In this document: in pieces, positions 10,361-18,823 of the stretch
How the letters are laid out: the number at the start of each line of letters is the position of its first letter
Numbering within the stretch: position 1 is the stretch's first letter
Assembly: GCA_963664115.2 (NCBI GenBank)
Contig: CAXWPJ010000010.1
Span: 64,001-128,000, forward strand
Direction of reading: 5' to 3'
Source of the DNA: Terriglobia bacterium
Lineage (GTDB): Bacteria > Acidobacteriota > Terriglobia > 20CM-2-55-15
DNA: 64,000 nucleotides
Made by a program: the position numbers and the translations under genes
The notes under the pieces: model-generated
Told to the model about the DNA's origin: nothing
The model's database searches: none
The model's input: the letters and a program-made list of their open reading frames with translations, nothing else

Positions 10361-10974
10361 AGTTCTGCCTCCCCGCGCATGACTTTACCCGCATCCACCA
10401 CCGTCCGTATGATCGCCGGGTAGGCCGCGCACCGGCAGATATGCCCCGACAACGCCATCTTGACTTCGTCCACCGTCGGGTCTGGGTTCTCGTCGAGCAG
10501 GCCTTTCGCCGTCACTTCCCATCCCGGTGTACAGAATCCGCAGTCGGCCGCCACGTACCGGTGCCCCACCGCCTGGATCGGATGCAGATTGTCTGCGTCG
10601 CCCAGGCCTTCCACCGTGAATATGTCTTTCTCCCTCGCCTCCGTCGCCAGGGTGTGGCAGGAGTAATACGGCGTCCCCTCGATCAGGACGCTGCAGGCTC
10701 CACAACTGGCCCGGTTGCAGCTCCGGTTCGTCCCCGTCAGCGCCAGCTTCATCGCGATCACTTCCCACAAGGTCGTCCGGGCCTCGTATTCAGCCTGGTA
10801 GGTAGCGCCATTGATTATGAATGTCCCGATCTCCACCGTCATCGGTGCGGGAATACCTGACGCCATCTGAGTCGAAGCCGCGGAACCGGCGACCGAGCGG
10901 TAACCGCCCACCGTCGTCAGTACGACCGCGCCCGAGCCGGCCGCCTTCAGAAAATGCCGTCGAGAATACTTCAT
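10357..10974 (-). CDS. Tat-exported 2x[2Fe-2S] subunit, copy B
   Basis: MKYSRRHFLK Tat signal; Cys motifs identical to copy A. Confidence 0.92.
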   Translation of the reverse strand: MKYSRRHFLKAAGSGAVVLTTVGGYRSVAGSAASTQMASGIPAPMTVEIGTFIINGATYQAEYEARTTLWEVIAMKLALTGTNRSCNRASCGACSVLIEGTPYYSCHTLATEAREKDIFTVEGLGDADNLHPIQAVGHRYVAADCGFCTPGWEVTAKGLLDENPDPTVDEVKMALSGHICRCAAYPAIIRTVVDAGKVMRGEAEL

Positions 10975-11215
10975 AACCTCAAACCTCCATCGGTTTGCGC
11001 GATACCCGGAACAACCGGGATTTTTAGCTGGAATTGACTCGTGCCACGCTCGCAAATTTACCGGCCAGGGCTTTGATCGATCAGCAATCGGCCTTAGGCC
11101 AGTGATCCCCTTATTCTTGAAGCACCCGCTCCCGCGACGACCAACTCTCTACAAATGGCACGCTGGGCGGTGCTCACGAGGCGCGTTGTCATCGCGCCGC
11201 ACTACGGCCACACGC

Positions 11216-11644
11216 TCACTCGGCAGGTGGATGCACATCGGGCCGAAACTGCTTGTGACAGTTGACGCACGATGCGTCAAGCCGTTCACTGAGTGCAGCA
11301 AGCGCATCCACATCCCTGTCAGCCACCGCCCGGTATGCTGCGTCTCCCACGTCCACGAGGGCTCTTGAAGCCTGTACCCATTCGCCGCCTCGATCACGCA
11401 TCGTGAGCACGTTTCCTGATTCCGCCAAAAGGATAGCGCTCCGCTGAACTTCCATCCACTCGGCCTCAGAAGCAGGCCCGCCCCGGTTGATGTGCAACAG
11501 TATCCCGTTCGCTCCCGGGTAGACCATGCCTACCATGAGTTCGCTCATCGTGCCGACGGGCTGATACGACGCTTGAGGGGCCAGCGCCCGGGTTGGACTG
11601 GCCAGTAGCAGAATTCCGATGGACAGCAATCCGATATTTCGCAT
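11216..11644 (-). CDS. Periplasmic monoheme cytochrome c (class II / c'-like)
   Basis: Sec signal peptide, helical-looking sequence, C-terminal CVNCH; AAGGAG RBS. Confidence 0.8.
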   Translation of the reverse strand: MRNIGLLSIGILLLASPTRALAPQASYQPVGTMSELMVGMVYPGANGILLHINRGGPASEAEWMEVQRSAILLAESGNVLTMRDRGGEWVQASRALVDVGDAAYRAVADRDVDALAALSERLDASCVNCHKQFRPDVHPPAE

Positions 11645-11967
11645 CTCGACTCCTTAGTATTTAGAAAGGCAGTTTCGTTTTGTACCCGTTCCGCCATGAG
11701 GCACCACCCTCACGGGTCGGCCGAAAATTTCCCCGCAGCGCTTTCGCCGAACTTCGAACTTTCGTTCGAAGGCGTGCGCACATGCGTTAAGGATCAGCAA
11801 TACAGCAATTTAGCAAACGCATAATCGAGTCTCGGGGCTTTGTTCTTCGGTGTAGTTCGGAGACTATCGTGACATGCTATCGTCTGCCGAAGCGCCTGTC
11901 AATTTCGGAGCGGCCCCGGGGCTGTTCACGTTGATTTCGCTATTGCCCTTGGGTAGGATGACACTCG

Positions 11968-13125
11968 ATGGAAGATCTGTGGAACAATACCGAAAAACTC
12001 CTGGCTGACGGAAAACCCTTGGTGTTGGCAACGATTATCCGGACTCGTGGTTCGGTTCCACGGGAAGTCGGTGCCAAGATGGTGATCGGGCGCACCGGCC
12101 ATCCTTTCGGGACAATTGGCGGGGGCTGTGGAGAAGGCGAAGTTTTACGACGCGCCTACCCTCTTTTTGAAGAAAAAATGCCGTCTCGGGTGGTGCAAGT
12201 AGATCTAACCGGGGACTTTGACCAGGAAGAAATTCAGGTCTGCGGTGGCTTGATGGATGTCGCACTCGACCTGTGGCAACCCAACGAGCACAGAGATCTG
12301 GCGCATGCTTTAGCCGAAGCCACCCGTACCCACCGACCCGCTGCACTGGTGACGGCTATTACCGCCATGGCTGATATACCCGCGGGAACCAAGTGCTGCC
12401 TATCGATCGGTTCAAAAGGCGCAACCCTAACGCCTTCACTGGAGCTGGATCCGGAAATTCTGCAAGCGCTGGCGGACTCACTTGCTGCGGGAACACCACA
12501 ACTGTTTTCGATTTCCCCGGAGGGCAAAGTCGTCAAGGATGCGGCGGCCAACGGAAAGCAGTGGCCACAGATATTCGTCGACGTGCAACCGGGTCTCCAG
12601 ACACTTCTGATCGTTGGGGCCGGTCATATCGCCCAGCCGCTGTGTGACATGGGCCACCTGCTCGGTTTCCGAACGGTAATCGTGGACGACCGCTGGGCGT
12701 TCGCCAATCGTGAACGTTTCCCGAAAGCCACAGCGATTGAGGTGGGCTCGTTCGTTGAGACCCTGGAGAAACTTGACATCAACAACCAGACTTTCGCCGT
12801 GGTCGTTACCCGCGGCCACAACTGGGACGAGGCCTCAGTCCGGACCATTCTCGGAAAGAAGCCTGCCTACCTCGGCATGATCGGCAGCAAACGGCGGTCG
12901 CGGGCAACGATCGAGCGTTTGGCCGAACAGGGTTTTAGCCCTGAAGAACTGAGTCGAATCCACACGCCTATGGGATTGGATCTATCCGCCGAAACACCTG
13001 CGGAGATTGCCGTCGCGATCGCTGCGGAGATCGTGAGGATTCGTCGTCATGGGCCTCTGGAAACGATTTCTCTGGCAGCCAAGGCCCGCCCGGGCGGCGC
13101 GTACAAGTTCGCGAGTGTGGAGTAG
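11968..13125 (+). CDS. xdhC: XdhC/CoxI-family Moco insertion chaperone
   Basis: GSVPREVGAKM, GTIGGGCGE, CGG, GAGHIA, YLGMIGSKRR and ETPAEIAVAIAAE motifs. Confidence 0.92.
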   Translation: MEDLWNNTEKLLADGKPLVLATIIRTRGSVPREVGAKMVIGRTGHPFGTIGGGCGEGEVLRRAYPLFEEKMPSRVVQVDLTGDFDQEEIQVCGGLMDVALDLWQPNEHRDLAHALAEATRTHRPAALVTAITAMADIPAGTKCCLSIGSKGATLTPSLELDPEILQALADSLAAGTPQLFSISPEGKVVKDAAANGKQWPQIFVDVQPGLQTLLIVGAGHIAQPLCDMGHLLGFRTVIVDDRWAFANRERFPKATAIEVGSFVETLEKLDINNQTFAVVVTRGHNWDEASVRTILGKKPAYLGMIGSKRRSRATIERLAEQGFSPEELSRIHTPMGLDLSAETPAEIAVAIAAEIVRIRRHGPLETISLAAKARPGGAYKFASVE

Positions 13126-13166
13126 GCCGATCGGAGCGGCCCCTTTGAAAGGAACCGGATCGTATC

Positions 13167-13751
13167 GTGGTCAGTAGACGCCAATTTTTCTCGGGTTTTA
13201 TAAAGGGGCCACAGGGGGTTCCTCTTTCGGAAGAGGACCGGGAGGCACGCTACCAGGCGCTGGAAACTCATGTTCAGACAAAACTGCTCCCGACTCGTTT
13301 CGCGCTCACCGAAACAGAACAATCCCAATTGTCATCTCGTATTCGCGCTTTCCTCGGCAGGACGAGCGATGCGGACCTCCTGTCAACGGGCATCATCACT
13401 CGCTTGAAGCTGTTGGTTGAGGATGTCCTCGAACCCTGGCAGATGTCGGGCGACGCAGTCACGGCCCGGAAAAAACCCCAGGAATTAATGTTCGCGGCCA
13501 TAGAAAGCGTGCCGTTATTTTTGAAGGCGGCGACTCAGGAACAAATCGATTCTCTGATGAAAAGGTTTGAACTCATCAACAGACTCGACCTTGAAGTGCG
13601 TCTTCGAGAAGACGTCGCAATCTGGATCCAGAGCATGGAGGAGACAGAGCTGCGCGAATGCGACACCGAGAGCATCCAGGAGTCCGCTTTCGCTCATCTC
13701 AGCGAGTTAATTCAAGGGGACGTACACTTCAGAATCGATTCTCGATTCTGA
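13167..13751 (+). CDS. Hypothetical helical protein with an N-terminal SRRQFF motif
   Basis: 194-aa ORF directly after xdhC, with an AAGGA RBS-like sequence. Confidence 0.65.
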   Translation: MVSRRQFFSGFIKGPQGVPLSEEDREARYQALETHVQTKLLPTRFALTETEQSQLSSRIRAFLGRTSDADLLSTGIITRLKLLVEDVLEPWQMSGDAVTARKKPQELMFAAIESVPLFLKAATQEQIDSLMKRFELINRLDLEVRLREDVAIWIQSMEETELRECDTESIQESAFAHLSELIQGDVHFRIDSRF

Positions 13752-13766
13752 AGTGTACGTCCCCTT
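13714..13766. repeat. Perfect 25-bp inverted repeat (REP-like; possible bidirectional terminator)
   Basis: AAGGGGACGTACACTTCAGAATCGA-ttc-TCGATTCTGAAGTGTACGTCCCCTT between convergent genes. Confidence 0.9.
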
Positions 13767-13781
13767 TTCGGCACGCCTGCA

Positions 13782-14375
13782 TCAGCCGCCCGAAGACTTA
13801 CCCAAATACCGCACGATGAGCAAGGTCATGTCGTCCCCCTGCTGGGCGCCCTGACAAAATTTCGCGACTGCGTTAAGGATGGCGTTCTGTAGTCCTTCCG
13901 CCGACTGACCCGCGTTCGAGCGAACGACCTCCGATAAGCGATCCATGCCGAATTCCTCGTCATGGACGTCAGTGGCTTCGTTGATCCCGTCGGTAAACAT
14001 CACCAGAGTGTCACCGGGTTCGAGCTGGGTGGATTTCGAAGAGAATTCCGCATCTGGAAACAGTCCGATGGGGAAACTCTCCGACTCAAAAGGCGCCGTC
14101 ACCTCAGTTCCTCGAAGCAACAGGGCCGAATGATGACCGGCGTTGATGAATTCGGCACGACCATCCTCGCCCATGACCCCCAGGAAAACAGTGGCGTAAT
14201 TGTGGGGTTCCGAGCGCGTCCAGAGGTACTGATTGAAGTAATTAACCAGTCGTGAGGGATCGGGCGTCAGCGTGATTCCAGAAAACCCGCCCTGCAACAT
14301 CGCAGTCAGCAATGCCGCCGACAATCCCTTACCCGACACGTCAGCAATAACGAAAGCCGCACGTTGGGCCTCTAG
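13782..14375 (-). pseudogene. 3' fragment of FHA-GAF-SpoIIE (PP2C) phosphatase, split by an IS
   Basis: ADVSGKG, NAGH, FTDGINEA and DDMT PP2C motifs. Joins in frame to the 5' part when the IS is removed (DVVEL|EAQRAAF). Confidence 0.9.
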
Positions 14376-16224
14376 TCCCAAAACAAGCGCATAACCAGTC
14401 CGCCGAGGCCCAGTTCGCGCCGATAGAATTCGAGGCATAGAATCCCGTTCCCGGATGGCCTGTTCCAGGTATCGAGTTTCTGTTGAATCTGTTTCAGTTC
14501 AGCCTCGCTGGTGTTGGACGGTTGACAGAAACCGGGACCTCGATCGCCCGGGCTCAGAGTCATGATCGGGTCAACATCGCAGAGGCTGACGCAACACATC
14601 CACCCCGCGGAACAAGACCGGCAACCACCGGTTCCAGGCCAGGATCCGGAACAGAATGCGCCGCCCGGTGCGCACGAGTTGGCACGGCACAAGCATGAAA
14701 GCGTTCAAGAAGGTTTTGAACTCCATGCGCAGCACGGTTTGCTTCTCAGCCTGATATTTTTGGCCCCAACGTCCGGTTTCGGGAAGCAGCAATGCAAACC
14801 ACGCTTTCAGTGTCCAGGCCAGTGACGCGATCACCATGTAGGCCCAGTTGCTGGTCTGATCTCCGACCGGCATCCGCAACGCCTGAACGCCGTTCTTCAA
14901 CTGCTCAATGAGATTCTCCTGATTGCACCGTTGATTGGCACGCATCACAATCTGGTCGGCCGGATCCGAACGGTTGGTAATGTAGAAGAAGTACCGGATG
15001 TCGTCAAACAACACCTGCTCTCCTTTGGCCACCGACAGATTCTTCCGCACCACGACGACACGGTAGTCCCGATCGCAGGCTCCGGGTCGATACCGAAACT
15101 CGGCCACATCCTCACCCTGCAAGCGGATATTGTCGAAACCGCGCTGCCGAACGATCTCTTCCTTCACGTTGTCGGGACGTTGGCGCGGTTCGGTCGCCAC
15201 GTCGTATTTCGCGGGCCGTTCCAGGCGCTTCCACTGGCGCGGCTCCAGTTCATCGGCCCGGGCCTTCAGGTTCGCCATCGCGTCAATCCCGAATATGAAA
15301 CCCACCTGCTGGTCGTCCCATCCGTCCAGATGCCGGGTCTGGCTGAAGTCCGTGTCCCCGCGCAGCAGGATCTGGCGAAACCCCGCATGCCGGCACAATG
15401 CGATGGCTTGGTCGAACCGGACCGCGGCTCCTTCATGCGACGGCCGGTTGCCGCTACGATTGACCAGATACAGCGGTTCGGCGGTGTTGGCCAGCGAGAT
15501 CATCAGCGGGTGATATCCCCACGTCCCGTCGTAGGCCACGTCCATCCCTTGCTTGCATTCCCCCGTGGTTTCGGCCAGTGTCCCGTCCGCGTCCAACACC
15601 GCTTCTTCGAAAAACGCCGCCGGTTGCTGTCGCCAGACTCCGAGCCGGACTTGATTGGTTGCCTCCATCAGACACTCCACGTCGTCGGCCTCGAATCTCC
15701 GGCAGAAGTCTCCCGCCGTCGTCGGATCCGGAATCCGTTGCGCTCCCAGCGCATCCAGATACACCGCATCGTTGCGCCGCAGTTCGATGTCTTCCAGGCA
15801 CGTTCCTCCGCTCAAGGCGTTGTAGGCGATGTTCAGCACGTGATCCGACTCGTGATACGGCAGGTGCCGCTTCAACACATGCACGCCCTTGTCGATGGCT
15901 TCGATCAGCCCGGTCCGCCGCGCCACCAGTTGCATCGTCCCGATACCACCAACCGATGTGCCCCGCGTCCGCTCTCCCATCTCGTACTGAATGTTGCTCG
16001 CCGAAAACATCGGCTCTACCTGATCCGTCCAATGCCGGTCCCCAAGCCGACGTTCGATTCGCCGCTTGCGGTTCCTCATGTTCTTGCGCGTATAATCGTT
16101 CATCTGAAATGCCTCCTTTTCCGAAGAATCTGTTCAAGGTTTTTTTCGCACGGAGAGGGGGCATTTCGGGTACTTCCGCTCTTATTGCACTATCATTTCC
16201 TCGTCAATCACGCTTGTTCAGGGG
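14376..16224 (-). mobile_element. IS1380-family insertion sequence
   Basis: Imperfect terminal IRs (TCCCAAAACAAGCG / CGCTTGTTCAGGGG); CTAG(T) target duplication at 14372 and 16225. Confidence 0.88.
14571..16103 (-). CDS. IS1380-family DDE transposase (510 aa)
   Basis: LDADGT, GYHPL, LLRGDTDF and RCNQENLIEQLK motifs. Confidence 0.88.
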   Translation of the reverse strand: MNDYTRKNMRNRKRRIERRLGDRHWTDQVEPMFSASNIQYEMGERTRGTSVGGIGTMQLVARRTGLIEAIDKGVHVLKRHLPYHESDHVLNIAYNALSGGTCLEDIELRRNDAVYLDALGAQRIPDPTTAGDFCRRFEADDVECLMEATNQVRLGVWRQQPAAFFEEAVLDADGTLAETTGECKQGMDVAYDGTWGYHPLMISLANTAEPLYLVNRSGNRPSHEGAAVRFDQAIALCRHAGFRQILLRGDTDFSQTRHLDGWDDQQVGFIFGIDAMANLKARADELEPRQWKRLERPAKYDVATEPRQRPDNVKEEIVRQRGFDNIRLQGEDVAEFRYRPGACDRDYRVVVVRKNLSVAKGEQVLFDDIRYFFYITNRSDPADQIVMRANQRCNQENLIEQLKNGVQALRMPVGDQTSNWAYMVIASLAWTLKAWFALLLPETGRWGQKYQAEKQTVLRMEFKTFLNAFMLVPCQLVRTGRRILFRILAWNRWLPVLFRGVDVLRQPLRC

Positions 16225-17320
16225 CTAGTTCCACAACATCGAAATAGTCACCGCCTACGGAATAGCACGACTCGTTGAGTCCCGACACGTCAAGGAAATC
16301 GATTTGCTTGAAGCCTTTGGGCAGTAGGCGTTGCTGGATCTCGCGTGCGACCGTCAGATCCTGCTCAATCTGGCGACGTTCGCGCTCACGCTCCATCAGT
16401 CGGGCATTGTCCATGACGCTGGCCGCTTCGATGGCAAGCGCGTCCAGTATCTGTGACCCGAGACCTGAAAATGCCGCAGGCTTCCGGCTGTCCAGATACA
16501 GGAGTCCGAGCAATGAGCTGCCTGAGGAAATGTTTGTCGTGTCTGAAGCATCGCTCTCGGCATGCGCGTAGAGAGGGATCGCTATCACCGACCGCAGTTG
16601 CTGATTGACGATGCTGGCGGCCTGTTTGACTGATTCATCTGCGAGTTCGATATCCTTCTGAATGAAACCTCGACGCTCTCGAAGGGCGTGTTTGATCGCC
16701 GTCTCGCTCGGTGCCAGGGATTTAACGGGCAGATTAAATCCACCCCGGCTCCGGGCTACAACGGGTTCCCGCTTCCCTTCCCCATCCGAAGCCAGCAGCA
16801 ATCCGCGGTCTGCTTCCGTGATCAGGATCGCCCGGTCCACCATGGCTCCAAGGACTTCAAGATAGGGCATGCGCGACTGCAGAAGCGTCGTGGCCTCGAG
16901 CAGAAGACTCAGGTGGCGCAGGTCGTGCCCACCCGTGTCGTCAGCCTCTATTGTTCCAAAACGCGAAAGGAGATCGCTGAGCGACTCCTGAGTCGCGCCG
17001 ACACGAAAAATCAGTTGAATCGCTTCAGTGTTGGAGAACGTAACGACGGCCCCGGACATTAGAGCCATGGACCCCTCGACCTGGACGCCGTTCACGAACA
17101 GTCCGCGGCGTTGGCCGAGATCCTCGATAAAATACTCATCACCACGGCAGACGATGGCCGCGGACTTCCGGGACACGCGAACATCATTGATATCAAGATC
17201 GTTACCGTCCCCACCACGTCCTACGTGGAACGGATATCGGCTTACTGGTACGGAACGTACGATTTCGCCATCTTCGACAATGTCGATAACCGTTTCTTGT
17301 GAGGGGGCAACCTTGGACAT
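16225..17320 (-). pseudogene. 5' fragment of FHA-GAF-SpoIIE phosphatase (RsbU-like)
   Basis: FHA (VGR..VSR..DLG..G.FVNG), GAF (SVIAIPL..LGLLYLDS), AREIQQRLLP and VGGDYFD. Start could be 17320 or 17380. Confidence 0.88.
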
Positions 17321-17409
17321 ATTGCTCGCATGGTTTGGACGCCGCAGGCGGAGGTTCCCAGCGACGGCGCCCGTCATCATATGCGGGAAATTACAAAGAC
17401 ATGACTGCG

Positions 17410-17757
17410 TCAGCTACTGAGCGCACTGACCGCTGCCGCTTCATCTTCATAGGTATCGAAAACCGTCAGCAGCTTCGTCATTTGAAGGAGGTCTTTCGCT
17501 CTCTTGGTGAGGTTCAGCAGATTGACATTGCCCTCTCTGTTCTTAAGCGACGTATATGTGGTCACCAACTCCCCGAGGCCGGAGCTGTCGATGTAGGACA
17601 CGTCACCCAAATTGAGGACGAACTTGCGGCTGCCATCGTCAACGAAGCGCTTGACCGCTTGCCTGAACGACAACACAGGCTCACCTATCGTCAGCTTGCC
17701 TGACATGTCAATGATTACCACCCCATCCACTTTGCGCGTGTTCAATGATAACGACAT
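17410..17757 (-). CDS. STAS-domain anti-sigma factor antagonist (RsbV/SpoIIAA-like)
   Basis: VSYIDSSGLGELV motif. Confidence 0.93.
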   Translation of the reverse strand: MSLSLNTRKVDGVVIIDMSGKLTIGEPVLSFRQAVKRFVDDGSRKFVLNLGDVSYIDSSGLGELVTTYTSLKNREGNVNLLNLTKRAKDLLQMTKLLTVFDTYEDEAAAVSALSS

Positions 17758-17938
17758 AGATATCTCCTGATGAATTGGCCAAAGCTACTGACACTCTATG
17801 GCGCGCCGCCGAACATTCGCAACCAAAAACACCTGAACGAAAACGGGATTTCCAAGCTGAGCCAAATCAGGCCGTCCCTGGCCACACCGACTTTAATTGA
17901 TCCTGATTCCTTCCTTCCGTATGATTTACCATACCAGC

Positions 17939-17985
17939 GGACGTACACTTCAGAATTTGGGACGAATTCTGAAGTGTACGTGCCC
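17939..17985. repeat. Second copy of the REP-like palindrome
   Basis: ACGTACACTTCAGAATT-7nt-AATTCTGAAGTGTACGT; same arms as 13714..13766. Confidence 0.88.
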
Positions 17986-18014
17986 TAATCGAAATTTCAA
18001 CGCAGGAGATCTCT

Positions 18015-18611
18015 ATGAAAAGCTTGGCTGCCATCACAATCGGGTTCCTTATTGTCGGATTCGTGAGTGGTCAACTTTCGCCGCTGGCATTTGGACAGAC
18101 CGGCGACGGGTGGATCACGCTGTTTGACGGTTCTAACCTCGATGGCTGGAACATGATCGGTGACGCCAATTGGGAGCTGGCCGACGATGGTTCCGTTGGA
18201 GCCGACAGCGGCAACGGATTTCTCGTGACGGCAGCCTCGTATGGAGACTTCGAACTCCGCTTGGAGTTCTGGGTGGACGAACCCGCCAACAGCGGCATCT
18301 TCATCCGCTGCGCCGATCCAGGGAATGTCTCACCCGCAAGTTCCTACGAAGTGAACATCTTCGACACCCGCCCCGACCAAACATACCGAAGCGGCGGCAT
18401 CGTGAACGTTGCGGCGCCTGATTCTGTTATCAACACTGGAGGTCAGTGGAACACATACGAGATCAGAGCCGATGGGCCACGCCTTATGGTGACTCTCAAT
18501 GGGGTACAGACAGTCGACGTCGAGCACGGTGAATTCGCAGCAGGCGCCATCGCACTCCAATATGGGGCGGGTATTGTGAAGTTCCGGAACGTCGCCATCC
18601 GGCCTCTGTAA
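18015..18611 (+). CDS. Secreted DUF1080 (3-keto-disaccharide hydrolase-like) protein
   Basis: GWITLFDGSNLDGW, YGDFELRLEF, NSGIFIR, GQWNTYEI, IALQ and FRNV motifs. Confidence 0.9.
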   Translation: MKSLAAITIGFLIVGFVSGQLSPLAFGQTGDGWITLFDGSNLDGWNMIGDANWELADDGSVGADSGNGFLVTAASYGDFELRLEFWVDEPANSGIFIRCADPGNVSPASSYEVNIFDTRPDQTYRSGGIVNVAAPDSVINTGGQWNTYEIRADGPRLMVTLNGVQTVDVEHGEFAAGAIALQYGAGIVKFRNVAIRPL

Positions 18612-18622
18612 ATTACCTGAAA

Positions 18623-18655
18623 TCCGCAGGTGCGATCATGAACCGCACCTGCGGT
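18623..18655. terminator. Hairpin after the DUF1080 gene (terminator or REP-like)
   Basis: CCGCAGGTGCG-9nt-CGCACCTGCGG; a related arm occurs at about 35731..35759. Confidence 0.5.
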
Positions 18656-18823
18656 AGAAAAACATCAGGACTCGTAATACGTCCCGCCATTGCGAAGCCC
18701 TCTCATCTGTAGGTGCGCTCTGTGAGCGGACGGTGTCTTGCCTATAACTCCTTTCTTCAATATCCTGTACCGAGTTCTCAGGAAATCTTTTCATTTTGTC
18801 CGACTCGGAGGTTTGCGCCCCCC

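Noticed and set aside
1-10995. Diversity-generating retroelement or invertase shufflon as the cause of the mosaic duplication
   Set aside because: No reverse transcriptase or recombinase in the window, the repeats are direct, and mismatches are mostly synonymous rather than adenine-specific.
14376-14438. Independent start for a 218-aa PP2C gene
   Set aside because: The N-terminal residues derive from the IS end; this is the 3' fragment of the disrupted gene.
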